Below, in pieces: positions 27,437 through 38,500 of a DNA stretch of 46,377 nucleotides. The stretch is from Thermoanaerobaculia bacterium (lineage in GTDB: Bacteria > Acidobacteriota > Thermoanaerobaculia > Multivoradales > UBA5704). The translations under genes were made by a program, and so were the position numbers. The notes beneath the pieces were generated by a model. That model had not been told where the DNA came from. It was given only the letters and a program-made list of their open reading frames with translations, and made no database searches. Where the stretch lies: assembly GCA_044226625.1 (NCBI GenBank), contig JBGAGQ010000054.1, forward strand, positions 1 to 46,377. Reading direction: 5' to 3'. Positions within the stretch are counted from its first letter, which is position 1, and the number at the start of each line of letters is the position of its first letter.

Positions 27437-28003
27437 ATGACCGCCCCGCTCCCCCCGGACCTCCAAGCCCTCGCCGACCCGCTCGACGCCGCCGACCGCG
27501 ACGCCCGCGACCTCGCCTCCGGCCTCTCGGAGGAGCGCGGCACGACCCGCCCCACCCCCGACGCCTGGAGCGTCGCCGAGTGCCTCGATCACCTCGCGAC
27601 GACCAACCGCGTCTACCTCGAATCGTTCCTCGAGCCCGCACGCAAGGCCCGAGCGGCGGGCCGCCTCCGCCGCGGCCCCGCGCGCCCGGGTTTCTTCGGA
27701 GCGATGTTCGTCGCCTCCGTCGAGCCGCCGCCCAAGTGGTGGAACAAGCTCCCGGCCCCGAAGAAGATCCGCCCCCACCCTTCACCCCCGCTCCGCGCCT
27801 CGCTCGACGCCTTCCTCGCCTCGCAAGCCGCCGTGCGCGACTTCCTCGCGCAGAACGCCGACCTCGATCTCTCGGGCGTAGGGTTTCCGAACCCGTTCCT
27901 CCCCGGCGTCCGCTTCAGCCTGGCGACCGGCCTCACCGTGATTCCAGCGCACGATCGAAGGCAGCTGTCGCAGGCTCGGCGGGTGTTGGGGCGGTTGGGG
28001 TGA
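27437..28003 (+). CDS. DinB-superfamily protein
   Basis: WSVAECLDHL motif, KLPAP and C-terminal PAHDRRQ; TACGAT lies 6 nt before the ATG, suggesting a leaderless transcript. Confidence 0.8.
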   Translation: MTAPLPPDLQALADPLDAADRDARDLASGLSEERGTTRPTPDAWSVAECLDHLATTNRVYLESFLEPARKARAAGRLRRGPARPGFFGAMFVASVEPPPKWWNKLPAPKKIRPHPSPPLRASLDAFLASQAAVRDFLAQNADLDLSGVGFPNPFLPGVRFSLATGLTVIPAHDRRQLSQARRVLGRLG

Positions 28004-28034
28004 GGCGGGAAGGAACAGCCTGGAGGCGATCGGA

Positions 28035-28625
28035 ATGGAGATTTCAGGCAAACCCCTGGTCGTGGTGGTGGCAGGCCCCAACGGCGCGGGCAAGAGCACG
28101 AGCGCCCCGCGGCTTCTCCGCGACACGTTCGAGGTCCGAGAGTTCGTCAACGCCGATGCCATCGCTCTCGGACTCTCGGCGTTTCAGCCGGAAGCCGTTG
28201 CCATCACGGCCGGGCGAGTGATGCTCACGCGAATGAACGACTTGGCTCGAGAGGGGGCGGATTTCGCCTTCGAAACGACCCTCGCCAGTCGGTCGTTTGC
28301 GCCTTGGCTTCAGAGCCTACGAGGAAGAGGCTACCGCTCGCATGTCATCTTTCTCTCATTGCCGAGCGCGGACCTCGCCGTGGCCCGCGTCCGGGATCGA
28401 GTCGAGATGGGAGGGCATCACGTACCGGATGACGTCGTCCGCCGTCGATTCGTTCGCGGCCTGAGTAACTTCTTTTCGCTGTACCGAGATGCTGCGGATT
28501 CCTGGCAGTTCTACGATAATTCTACGGTGGCGGCACCAAGGTTGATCGCCGAAAGAGAAACGGGCCTAGAGGACCGCGTTTTCGACCCAGCTGCATGGAA
28601 GAGCATCCAAGAGCGAGCGATATGA
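28035..28625 (+). CDS. Zeta-toxin-like/AAA_33 P-loop kinase
   Basis: GGAGG RBS; AGPNGAGKST Walker A, FVNADAIA, FAFETTL, RVRDRVEMGGHHVP and YDNS. Confidence 0.88.
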   Translation: MEISGKPLVVVVAGPNGAGKSTSAPRLLRDTFEVREFVNADAIALGLSAFQPEAVAITAGRVMLTRMNDLAREGADFAFETTLASRSFAPWLQSLRGRGYRSHVIFLSLPSADLAVARVRDRVEMGGHHVPDDVVRRRFVRGLSNFFSLYRDAADSWQFYDNSTVAAPRLIAERETGLEDRVFDPAAWKSIQERAI

Positions 28626-28819
28626 CGATGGCAAAAGACACCCGCCCTCCTTCCGAACGAGTCAACGACACCGCCCTCGTTCGGGAGAGCCTGGCCCTGT
28701 CGATCGAAGATGCGCTCGCAAGGCACAAGCAAGCCGGTAAGCCCGTCGCCGTCTGGCGCGATGGGCAGGTCGCTTGGATTCCGCCGGAAGAGATCCCGGA
28801 TCGGGTCGAGCGGGAGTGA
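28622..28819 (+). CDS. Small partner protein of the zeta-like ATPase (possible antitoxin)
   Basis: ATGA overlap with the ATPase stop; ALARHKQAGKPVAVWRDGQVAWIPPEEI resembles small proteins commonly found after this ATPase family. Confidence 0.7.
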   Translation: MTMAKDTRPPSERVNDTALVRESLALSIEDALARHKQAGKPVAVWRDGQVAWIPPEEIPDRVERE

Positions 28820-30081
28820 CGGCGCCCGGCAGGCTCCGTGCCCTCCTCGGCGTAGCTTTCCTGGCGCTCTCAGCCGGCTGTTCGCTCGCCTCCTCTCCGG
28901 CCCCTCCTCCGTCGGCCCTTCCTGCCTTGGCGCTCGCGCCCCCGGTCGAACACCTCGACGGGAAGGCGAGAGAACCGATGGTCGTCGAAACCCCTGAGGG
29001 CACGCTGTTCCTGGCCGGTTACGGAGAGGGCCATCCGACGCTCTGGCAGAGCGGGGACGGTGGCGCCACCTGGACGAGCGTCTCCGTCGGCACGATTCCC
29101 GAGGGAGGGAGGGGCAACTCCGACGTGGACCTCGCCCTGTCCGCCGACGGTACCCTCTATTTCGTCGCGATGTCCTATGACCGCACGGCGGGCGAAGGCA
29201 CCGCGATCAGCGTCGGCGCGAGCCACGACAAGGGAGCCACCTGGACCTGGACGCTCCTCTCGAAAACGCGCTTCGACGATCGCCCCTGGGTGGAGGTCAC
29301 CCCCGACGGGACCGCGCACGTGATCTGGAACGACGGCGAAGGCGTCCGCCACGCGACCAGCCGAGACCGCGGCCGCACTTGGACCGAGCGGGAACGGATC
29401 GATACGGAAGGGGGATCGAGCCACCTCGCGGTCGGACCGAACGGCGAGATCGCCGTACGCGTGACTCCGCTTTCCGCCTCCGGCAACAAGTTCCATCCCG
29501 GCGTCGACCGGATCGCCGTGAGCACCGACGGCGGCACCACCTGGCGGAAACAGCCTGCCCCCGTCCGGCGCAGCTGGATTTTCCCGATGGCGGACGACGA
29601 TCCGCGTCCTCGCTGGGTCGAGCCCCTCGCCTGGGACGCCCGGGGTACCCTCTACTCCCTCACCACGAACGAAGAAGGGCTCTGGCTCGCTCGCTCCACC
29701 GACCGCGGCGCCACCTGGTCGAGCTGGCGCATCGCCCAAAACGCCGATCCGATGTTCTACCCCTACCTCGCCGCCCGAGGCCCCGGAGAGCTCGCCGCCA
29801 CCTGGTTTTCCGGAACCCTCAAGACCCTGGAAGCCCACGTCGCCCGGATCGATCTCCCCCCCGGCAACGTCCCGCCGCGAGTGTCCGAAGCCCCACCGTT
29901 CCAGCCCGACAGCTGGAGCCTCGAGCCGGTGCCGGAAGGAGGCTCTCCGATCCCTGACACCGCGGGCGAATACCTGGCCGTCCTCTTCCTGAAGGACGGC
30001 GATCTCGCCGTGGTGAGCCCGATCCAGAATCCGAGCGCGAAGCGGTTCGGGTTTGCTTGGCGGCGGGTGCGGGTGGAATAG
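28816..30081 (+). CDS. BNR/Asp-box repeat (sialidase-like) lipoprotein
   Basis: GTG start overlapping the upstream TGA; lipobox LSAG|C; five Asp-boxes (SGDGGATW, SHDKGATW, SRDRGRTW, STDGGTTW, STDRGATW). Confidence 0.82.
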   Translation: MTAPGRLRALLGVAFLALSAGCSLASSPAPPPSALPALALAPPVEHLDGKAREPMVVETPEGTLFLAGYGEGHPTLWQSGDGGATWTSVSVGTIPEGGRGNSDVDLALSADGTLYFVAMSYDRTAGEGTAISVGASHDKGATWTWTLLSKTRFDDRPWVEVTPDGTAHVIWNDGEGVRHATSRDRGRTWTERERIDTEGGSSHLAVGPNGEIAVRVTPLSASGNKFHPGVDRIAVSTDGGTTWRKQPAPVRRSWIFPMADDDPRPRWVEPLAWDARGTLYSLTTNEEGLWLARSTDRGATWSSWRIAQNADPMFYPYLAARGPGELAATWFSGTLKTLEAHVARIDLPPGNVPPRVSEAPPFQPDSWSLEPVPEGGSPIPDTAGEYLAVLFLKDGDLAVVSPIQNPSAKRFGFAWRRVRVE

Positions 30082-30120
30082 GGACATCTAGGAGGGCCGA
30101 CCGAAGCGGTTGCTGGGTCC

Positions 30121-30150
30121 TTGACACCTGTGGCCGCTTCGACTTAATCT
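30121..30150 (+). promoter_or_regulatory. Sigma70-type promoter for the defence operon
   Basis: Perfect TTGACA, 18-nt spacer, TAATCT, in an A/T-richer intergenic region about 130 nt upstream of the helicase. Confidence 0.55.
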
Positions 30151-30282
30151 GCGCAAAGCCTTGATAAATATTGGAGTTGAAGCAAAGCGTTCCGCGCCGT
30201 CAAGCCAGGAAATGAATCGCCGTGTGCTGGCACCCGCCTTTCCGCCCCGCCGAGATGCGCCGCGCTCTATGAGTCGACCGCT

Positions 30283-33200
30283 ATGAAGCTCGAAGAGCTG
30301 GTACCCGACGTCTCCGTACGAGGGATCGTTCCCGGGGCGCTCGTCACCATCGTGAGCGTCCAGCGCCACGGTACGGAAGCGGTCACGCTGATCTACCGCG
30401 AGCCGAGCGGCCGCGTCGCCAACGTGGTCCTCTACCGGGACGACGCATCCCGCCTCGAGATCGCGGAGTCGGGGCGCCCCTGGCGCTTCGACGGCGATGG
30501 CGCGCGGTTCCGGCTCGTGGCCGAGGCCCATCGCATCCGCCTCGCGCATTTGTTCGACCCGGTGCTCGCCGTCCATACCTCGCTCGTCGAGCCCCTGCCT
30601 CACCAGATCACCGCGGTCTACGAGGCGATGCTCCCGCGCCAGCCGCTTCGCTTCCTCCTCGCCGACGATCCCGGCGCGGGCAAAACGATTATGGCGGGGC
30701 TCTTGATCAAAGAACTGATCGCCCGAAGCGACCTGCAGCGCTGCCTCATCGTTTGCCCCGGGAGTTTGGTTGAGCAGTGGCAGGACGAGCTCCACAGGCG
30801 CTTCCACCTGCCATTCGAGATCCTCACCAACGACAAGCTGGAGGCGGCCCGAACCGGTAACTGGTTCTTGGAAAACGACCTCGCGATCGCTCGGCTCGAC
30901 AAACTGTCTCGGAACGAGGACGTTCAGGCCAAGCTCAGCGCCCCCGATTGCCGTTACGACCTGGTCATCTGCGACGAAGCGCACAAGCTCTCGGCGACGT
31001 TTTTCGGCGGCGAGATCAAGTACACCAAGCGTTACCGCCTGGGCCAGCTCCTCTCGGGGCTCACGCGCCATTTCCTGCTGATGACCGCGACGCCCCACAA
31101 CGGCAAGGAGGAAGATTTCCAGCTGTTCATGGCGCTGCTCGATACCGATCGGTTCGAGGGGAAATTCCGGGACGGCGTGCATCAAGTCGACGTCTCGGAC
31201 CTGATGCGGCGCATGGTCAAGGAGAGCCTCCTCCGTTTCGACGGCACGGCGCTCTTCCCGGAACGGATCGCCAATACGATCCCTTATCCCCTGTCCCCCG
31301 GAGAAGATCGCCTCTACCACCAGGTGACCGAATACGTTCGAGACGAGTTCGATCGGGCCGAAAAGCTTAAGAACGACAAACGTGCGGGCACCGTCGGCTT
31401 CGCGCTGACGGTCCTTCAGCGGCGCCTCGCCTCCTCGCCCGAGGCGATCTATCAATCGCTCCGCCGTCGCCGCGAGCGGCTCGAGGCGCGCCTCCGAGAT
31501 CTCGACCTCACCCAGCGCGAAGCCGCCGCACAGGAAATGTTCCTCGGTTTACCGGTGCTCGATCTCGATGACCTCGCGGACCTGGACGAAGCTCCGGAGA
31601 ACGAAGTTGAAGAAGCCGAGGAAGCGGTTCTCGACCAGGCCACCGCGGCGGCGACGCGAGCCGAGCTTCAGATCGAAATCTCGACCCTGGGCCGACTGGA
31701 AGCCCTCGCCGCCGAGGTTCGGCGAAGCGGCGAGGACGCCAAGTGGCGCCAGTTGGCCTCTCTGCTCACCCTGCTGTTTTCCCCGACTCCTGCAGACTCG
31801 GCCGATGCGACCCAGGAAGAAAACGCGCAGCGCCCGAGGCCGGTCCCGTCGCCGCACCAGAAGCTCGTCGTCTTCACCGAGCATCGCGACACGCTCAACT
31901 CTTTAGAGCGTCTGATCGGCTCTCTTTTGGGGCGGCCGCAAGCCGTCGTAGCGATCCATGGGAGCCTTAAGCGCGAGGAACGTCAGAGAGCGCAGGAGAG
32001 CTTCCTCAACGACCCGCAAGTCAAAGTGCTGCTCGCAACCGATGCCGCGGGCGAGGGAATCAACCTCCAGCGCGCCCATCTGATGGTCAACTACGACCTG
32101 CCGTGGAATCCGAACCGTTTGGAACAGCGTTTCGGCCGCATTCACCGAATTGGCCAGACGGAGGTCTGCTACCTCTGGAACTTGGTCGCATCCGGGACCC
32201 GGGAAGGCGAGGTCTACCGGCGGTTGCTCGACAAGCTCGAAGAGGCGCGCGTCGCGCTCAAGGGCCAGGTTTTCGACGTGCTGGGCAAACTCCAATTTGA
32301 AGGCAAGCCGCTACGGGAGCTGTTGATCGAGGCGATCCGTAGGGGTGACGACCCGGATGTGCGCGCCAAGCTCAACCGTGAGATCGATTCAGGGATGGAC
32401 CGCGCTCACCTCCAGGACCTGATCGAGGAACGGGCGCTCGCCAACGACGTGATGGATTCGAGCCGGGTCGCCCGCGTACGTGAAGAGATGGAGCGCGCCG
32501 AGGCGCGACGGCTTCAGCCTCATTACATCGAAGAGTTCTTCCTCGAAGCGTTCCGTCGTTTGGGCGGCACAATCCGGCAACGCGAGCCACGGCGCTATGA
32601 GGTGACGCACGTGCCCGCCATCCTTCGGAACCGCCCTCGCCGCTCGACCGGCGGCGATCCCATCGTCCCTCGCTACGAGCGGATCGCCTTCGAGAAGAGC
32701 CTGATCGCTCCCCCGAATCAACTGCGCGCCGCCTTCGTCTGCCCGGGTCACTCGTTGCTCGACGCGGTGATCGACCATACGCTCGAACGGGATCGAGACC
32801 TGTTGAAATGCGGCACGGTCTTGGTCGACGAGCGCGATCCGAGCACGCAGCCGCGGGCGCTGTTCTTCCTTGAGCACGCGATCGAAGACGCGAGCCTGCT
32901 CCCGAACGGCGAACGCCGGACGATCTCAAAGCGCATGCTCTACGTGGAGATCGACGCCGAGGGACAAACCCGCCATCCGCAGCGCGCGCCCTACCTCGAC
33001 TACCGCCCCCTCGCCGAGGACGAGCCTCCTCCGGCGGATTTTCTCTCCCGTCCGGAGTGCGCCTGGCTGACGGGCGAGCTCGAAGCCCGGGCACAAGGCC
33101 ATGCGATCGCCCACGTCGTGCCCGAGCACATCGCCGAGGTGCGCGGCCGGCGGATCGCCTGGGTGGATAAGACGAGGGCCGCGGTGAAGGACCGGCTGAC

Positions 33201-33855
33201 CAAAGAGATCACCTACTGGGATCATCGCGCCGAGCAGCTCAAGGACCAGGAGCAGGCGGGCAAGGCGGGGGCGCGGCTGAACTCTCAAGAAGCCCGTCGT
33301 CGAGCGGACGACCTCCAGTCCCGACTGGAAAAGCGTCTCGCGGAGCTCGAACGCGAAGCCCAAATCTCCGCGCTACCGCCCGTGGTTCTAGGCGGACTCG
33401 TGATCGTGCCGATCGGCCTCGTGGCGGAGATGACGGGCCGGCCGCTTCCTCCTCTCTACGCTCTCGACACGCAGGCCTCGGCCGCGCGGGCTCGAAAAAT
33501 CGTCATGGAGGTCGAGCGAAGCTTGGGGTTCGAGCCGGTCGACCGGGAGCTCGATCACGTCGGCTACGACCTCGAGAGCCGCGATCCTCTGGGGGGCCGG
33601 TTGCGCTTCTTAGAGGTCAAAGGGCGCGTCTCGGGCGCGCCGACGATCACGGTGACCAAGAACGAGCTGCTTACCTCGTTCAACCTCCCCGAGGATTTCA
33701 TCCTCGCGATGGTCGAGTTCCTGGACGAAGCGAACCACCGCGTGCGCTACCTGCGGCAGCCCTTCGAAGGGTGCGGCGTCACCAAGGATTTCAACGGCGC
33801 GAGCGTCGACTTCGTCTTCCGCGATCTGCTGGGCCGCGCCGGGGAGCCATTATGA
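30283..33855 (+). CDS. SNF2-family helicase with C-terminal DUF3883 (PD-(D/E)XK-like) nuclease domain
   Basis: LADDPGAGKT, DEAH, MTATPHNGK, ATDAAGEGINLQ, YDLPWNP and QRFGRIHRIGQ; C-terminal GYDLES...FLEVKGR. Confidence 0.92.
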   Translation: MKLEELVPDVSVRGIVPGALVTIVSVQRHGTEAVTLIYREPSGRVANVVLYRDDASRLEIAESGRPWRFDGDGARFRLVAEAHRIRLAHLFDPVLAVHTSLVEPLPHQITAVYEAMLPRQPLRFLLADDPGAGKTIMAGLLIKELIARSDLQRCLIVCPGSLVEQWQDELHRRFHLPFEILTNDKLEAARTGNWFLENDLAIARLDKLSRNEDVQAKLSAPDCRYDLVICDEAHKLSATFFGGEIKYTKRYRLGQLLSGLTRHFLLMTATPHNGKEEDFQLFMALLDTDRFEGKFRDGVHQVDVSDLMRRMVKESLLRFDGTALFPERIANTIPYPLSPGEDRLYHQVTEYVRDEFDRAEKLKNDKRAGTVGFALTVLQRRLASSPEAIYQSLRRRRERLEARLRDLDLTQREAAAQEMFLGLPVLDLDDLADLDEAPENEVEEAEEAVLDQATAAATRAELQIEISTLGRLEALAAEVRRSGEDAKWRQLASLLTLLFSPTPADSADATQEENAQRPRPVPSPHQKLVVFTEHRDTLNSLERLIGSLLGRPQAVVAIHGSLKREERQRAQESFLNDPQVKVLLATDAAGEGINLQRAHLMVNYDLPWNPNRLEQRFGRIHRIGQTEVCYLWNLVASGTREGEVYRRLLDKLEEARVALKGQVFDVLGKLQFEGKPLRELLIEAIRRGDDPDVRAKLNREIDSGMDRAHLQDLIEERALANDVMDSSRVARVREEMERAEARRLQPHYIEEFFLEAFRRLGGTIRQREPRRYEVTHVPAILRNRPRRSTGGDPIVPRYERIAFEKSLIAPPNQLRAAFVCPGHSLLDAVIDHTLERDRDLLKCGTVLVDERDPSTQPRALFFLEHAIEDASLLPNGERRTISKRMLYVEIDAEGQTRHPQRAPYLDYRPLAEDEPPPADFLSRPECAWLTGELEARAQGHAIAHVVPEHIAEVRGRRIAWVDKTRAAVKDRLTKEITYWDHRAEQLKDQEQAGKAGARLNSQEARRRADDLQSRLEKRLAELEREAQISALPPVVLGGLVIVPIGLVAEMTGRPLPPLYALDTQASAARARKIVMEVERSLGFEPVDRELDHVGYDLESRDPLGGRLRFLEVKGRVSGAPTITVTKNELLTSFNLPEDFILAMVEFLDEANHRVRYLRQPFEGCGVTKDFNGASVDFVFRDLLGRAGEPL

Positions 33856-35555
33856 GCCTTTTTGAAGACACCAACCCCCGGGCCTTGAAGGAGCTCTTGG
33901 CGGAGATCCACCAGCGCACGACGGTGTTGCCGGACTTTCAGCGCGACTTCGTTTGGGAGCCTGGCGCGACCCAGGAGCTGATCGTCTCGATCGCGAACAA
34001 CTATCCCGCCGGCAGCATTTTGCGGGTCCGCGACGCCAAGCGAGTTTTCGCCGCACGCGAGTTCGAAGGTGCTCCCACCCTCGATGGCGTTCGACATGTC
34101 TTTCTCGTTCTGGACGGCCAGCAGCGCCTGACGTCGCTCTACCAAGCGTTCTACGGGGTCGGTGACCACCGCTACTACCTCAATCTCCGCATGCTGATGG
34201 ACGGCGCCGATTTCGAGGAGGCGATATCCCACGTACGCGCTACGACGAAATCGGCGAAGGATCGCGAGGATCTTGCGGTACAAGCCCAGGAGCTCTTGCT
34301 TCCTCTGGGGGTGTTGAAAGGCGGCGCCGGCGGATTTGGTCAATGGTGCCGCAAAGTGGCTCGACAGCTGCCGGAAAAGGAACGGGTGGAGCTAGAGGAT
34401 GCGCTGGACGCGATCGACCAGCGATGGATCGCGGCGATCGACGACTACCACTTCCCCGTCGTAACTCTCTCGGACCAGACCGAGCCGGACGCGCTCTGTA
34501 CGATCTTCGAGACGTTGAACCGAACCGGCGTGAAGCTCAGCGTGTTCGAGCTGCTGACCGCCCGCTTCTGGCCCCAGAACATCCGCCTCCGCGCTCTCTG
34601 GGAAAAGGCGCTCGCCAACTACCCGGTGATCGAGTTTTTCGACGTCGATCCCTACTACATCCTCCAGGGCATCTCGCTCGCGAGCCGCAAATCCCCCTCC
34701 TGCAAGCGCGGGGACGTGTTGAACGCCTCGGCAGCGGACATCATGACGTGGTGGGATCCCGTCGTCGCCGGGCTCGCGAAAGGCCTCGAAATCCTGCGGG
34801 ACGACTGCCACGTGATGCTTCCTAAATGGCTGCCGTATCAGACGATGCTGCCGCCGATGGCCGCCGTGCTGGCGCGTGCCGGAAAGCCCAGGAAGGCAGT
34901 CGCGGGCGCCCAACGAGCACAGCTCACACGCTGGTTCTGGTGTGCCGTCTTCAGCCAAGCTTATGAAAGCGCGGCGAACAGTCGCTCGGCCAAGGACGTT
35001 ACGGAAATCTCGGCTTGGTTCGAGGGCGGTGATCCACCGGAGGTGGTCTCAGCGTTCCGGTTCGATCCGCGCACCCTTCGCGATGCTACGCCTCGGCAGC
35101 GTTCGATCTATCGAGGCGCCATCTGCCTTACGCTGGGCCACGGAGCCCGCGACTTTCACACGCAGGCGGTGATCTCTGGAAAGCTGATGCTCGATGAGGG
35201 GATCGACGATCATCACATTTTCCCTGCTGCGTATCTAGAGAAGCGCGGTGTCTCACCAGCGCGGCTCCGCGACTGCGTGCTCAACCGCACGCTTATCGAT
35301 CGCACGACCAACCAGATGATCGGTGTCCGTGCTCCGTCGGACTACCTTGCTGAGATCCGCCGCACGAAGGGATTTCCATTTGCCGAGGTCCTCGCGTCGC
35401 ATGGATTGCCGGCGGAGTCCAGGTCGCCACTTCTTCGGGACGATTTCGAGGCGTTCCTCACATTGCGGCAGGAGCGCCTGTGGAAGGAGATCCAGCGGGT
35501 GACCGGGACGACCGTTGCCGCGGATCTGGAAGCGGATCAAGAGGACTCTGAGTGA
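33852..35555 (+). CDS. GmrSD-like DUF262 + DUF1524 (HNH) modification-dependent nuclease
   Basis: Start MSLFED at 33852 (ATGA overlap). LPDFQRDFVW, LDGQQRLT and FETLNRTG (DUF262); DDHHIFP...N...N (DUF1524 HNH-like). Confidence 0.88.
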   Translation: MSLFEDTNPRALKELLAEIHQRTTVLPDFQRDFVWEPGATQELIVSIANNYPAGSILRVRDAKRVFAAREFEGAPTLDGVRHVFLVLDGQQRLTSLYQAFYGVGDHRYYLNLRMLMDGADFEEAISHVRATTKSAKDREDLAVQAQELLLPLGVLKGGAGGFGQWCRKVARQLPEKERVELEDALDAIDQRWIAAIDDYHFPVVTLSDQTEPDALCTIFETLNRTGVKLSVFELLTARFWPQNIRLRALWEKALANYPVIEFFDVDPYYILQGISLASRKSPSCKRGDVLNASAADIMTWWDPVVAGLAKGLEILRDDCHVMLPKWLPYQTMLPPMAAVLARAGKPRKAVAGAQRAQLTRWFWCAVFSQAYESAANSRSAKDVTEISAWFEGGDPPEVVSAFRFDPRTLRDATPRQRSIYRGAICLTLGHGARDFHTQAVISGKLMLDEGIDDHHIFPAAYLEKRGVSPARLRDCVLNRTLIDRTTNQMIGVRAPSDYLAEIRRTKGFPFAEVLASHGLPAESRSPLLRDDFEAFLTLRQERLWKEIQRVTGTTVAADLEADQEDSE

Positions 35556-38500
35556 AGACGCGCAAGAAGCTCATCGAAGTCGCCCTCCCCCTCGACTTGA
35601 TCAACAAGGCCTCGGCGCGCGAGAAGTCGATTCGCCACGGGCACCCGAGCACGCTCCACCTCTGGTGGGCGCGCCGGCCGTTGGCCGCCGCGCGGGCGGT
35701 GATCTTCTCGCAGCTGGTGGACGATCCCTTGGAGTACGTCGATGTGCTTCGCGAGGATCCGAAGCTGCGGCGTAAGGCGGAGTCAGAGCTCAAGGCACGC
35801 CGGAAGGTCTGGGAGGACGCGCGGGCGGTCGCGGAGAAGGCGAAAGGTTCGGGCCTCGCGATTCCGGAGCCGGGCCCGGAGCCGACGCTCGACGGAGTCT
35901 TGGCGGATCAGGAGCGGCAGCGCCTGTTCAAGATCATCGAGGATCTCGTGCAGTGGGAGAACACGACGAACGAGAAGGTTCTCCAGGCGGCGCGGGATGA
36001 GATCTGGCAGAGCTGGCGGCGCACCTGTGCGGAGAATGCGGACCATCCCCGAGCGAAGGAGCTGTTCGACCGCCACAAGCTGCCGGCTTTTCACGATCCC
36101 TTCGCGGGTGGCGGGACGTTACCGCTCGAAGCGCAGCGATTGGGGCTGGAGGCGTATGCAAGCGATTTGAATCCGGTCGCGGTGCTGATCAACAAGGCGA
36201 TGATCGAGATCCCGCCGAAGTTCGCGGGCCAGCCGCCGGTAAATCCGGAAGCGCGAGCGAACCCAGGCTTGCATGCGAAGCCCTGGCGCGGCGCGGAAGG
36301 GCTGGCCGAGGACGTGCGGTATTACGGCAAGTGGATGCGCGATGAGGCGGAGAGGCGAATCGGGCATCTATATCCCAAGGTCGAGATCACGAAGGAGATG
36401 ATCGAGGACCCCAGCAATCCGCGGCCGGACCTGAAGCAGTATCTCGGGAAACAGCTGACCGTGATTGCTTGGATCTGGGCGCGGACGGTGAAGAGTCCAA
36501 ACCCGGCGTTTGCCAATGTGGACGTTCCACTTGCTTCGACGTTCATGTTGTCGACGAAGGAGGGTAAGGAAGCGTATGTTGAACCCCTGATGGCGCGCAA
36601 CGGCTATCGCTTCACGGTCAAAGTTGGCAGACCGAAGGATGCCGAGGCGTCAAAGAAGGGCACTTCAGCTGGCAAGCGCACAGCATTCAAGTGCGTGATG
36701 TCTGGCACGCCACTCCCCTACGACTACATCCGGTTGGAGGGCCAGGCCGGGCGAATAGGCACACGATTGATGGCAATCGTAGCAGAAGGGACTCACGGGC
36801 GAGTGTATCTTGCGCCTACGGCGGAGGCCGCCGCTCTTGCGCTGACCGCGGAGCCGAATTGGAAACCGGAAACAGCGCTGCCGGTAAATCCCCGCGATTT
36901 CAAAACGCCTAACTACGGGTTGACTACCTTTGGAGATCTCTTTACCCCCCGCCAGCTCCTGGCGCTGACGACTTTCTCCGACCTGGTGCAAGAAGCCCGC
37001 GAGCGGTTGAAGGGCGACGCCCTGGCCGCGGACTTGTCAGAGAAGACTAAGAGCGAAGGCTCCATTGGCGTGACGGCATATGCTGATGGAGTCACCTTAT
37101 TTCTGGGATTGGCGATCAGCAGATTCGCAGACCGCAATAACGCTCTTTGCACCTGGGACTCAGGACCCGCAGGAACTAGATCCTCGACGGGAGGCTCCGC
37201 CCGCACCGCAAGTCTGAGAAACTTGTTCTCGCGCCAAGCGATCCCAATGGTTTGGGACTATGGAGAGGCGAACCCATTCAGCGACTCAGGGGGTGGATAC
37301 AACAGTGCTCTTGATTGGATCGAGCCGGCAGTTCGAGCACTTATTGGCGCTATCGCGGGATCAGCGACGACCGACAATGCAGAGACCCAATCAGTAAGCA
37401 CGGACAAGGTCGTCTCCACCGACCCACCCTACTACGACAACATCGGTTACGCCGACTTGTCCGACTTCTTCTATGTCTGGCTGCGCCGTTCGCTACGACC
37501 TGCTTTCCCCGCTCTATTCACCACGCTCGCAGTCCCCAAGGCCGAAGAACTAGTTGCCACTCCTTACCGTCATGGCAGCAATGAGAAAGCTGAGTCCTTC
37601 TTTCTGGACGGCATGACGCAGGCCATGCGCCGCCTTGCCGAGCAGGCGCATCCGGCCTTCCCGGTCACCATCTATTACGCCTTCAAGCAGGCCGAGAGTG
37701 ACGGTGCGGACGGCACGACAAACACCGGCTGGGATACCTTTCTGGCAGCAGTCATCGAAGCCGGTTTTGCCATCAGTGGGACCTGGCCGATGCGCACCGA
37801 ACTCGGCAACCGCATGATCGGCTCTGGTACCAATGCACTCGCCTCTAGCATCGTACTTGTCTGCCGCCAGCTTCCCGCCGATGCACCAACTGCCACCCGC
37901 CGCGAGCTAGTCGCCGCACTCAGAATCGAGCTACCCGTCGCTCTAGCAAACCTCCAGCGAAGCAACATCGCTCCAGTCGACCTCGCCCAAGCCGCCATCG
38001 GCCCAGGAATGGCCGTATTCACCCGCTACGCGAAAGTGCTCGACGCCGAAGGCAAGCCGCTCGAGGTCCGCGAGGCCCTAGCGCTCATCAACCAAGTCCT
38101 CGACGAATCGTTGGCGGAGCAAGAAGGCGACTTCGACTCCGACAGCCGTTGGGCTCTCACCTGGTTCGAGCAGGTCGGGTTCGCCGAGGGCGAGTTCGGA
38201 GTGGCCGAACAGCTCTCTAAATCCAAGAACACCAGCGTCGAGGGCATGGTCGAAGCGGGCATCCTCACTTCGAAGCGTGGGAAAGTCCGTCTGCTCCGGC
38301 CGGACGAGCTTCCCACCGATTGGGACCCTGTGACCGACCCCCGAATGTCTGCCTGGGAAATGGTCCACCACCTCGTCCGCGTGCTGGCAAGCGGTGGCGA
38401 GAGCGCCGCGGCCGAGCTGGTCTCAAAACTGGGCGCGAAGGCCGAGCTGGCCCGCGAGCTCGCCTATCGGCTCTACAACCTCTGCGAGCGCAAGAAGCGC

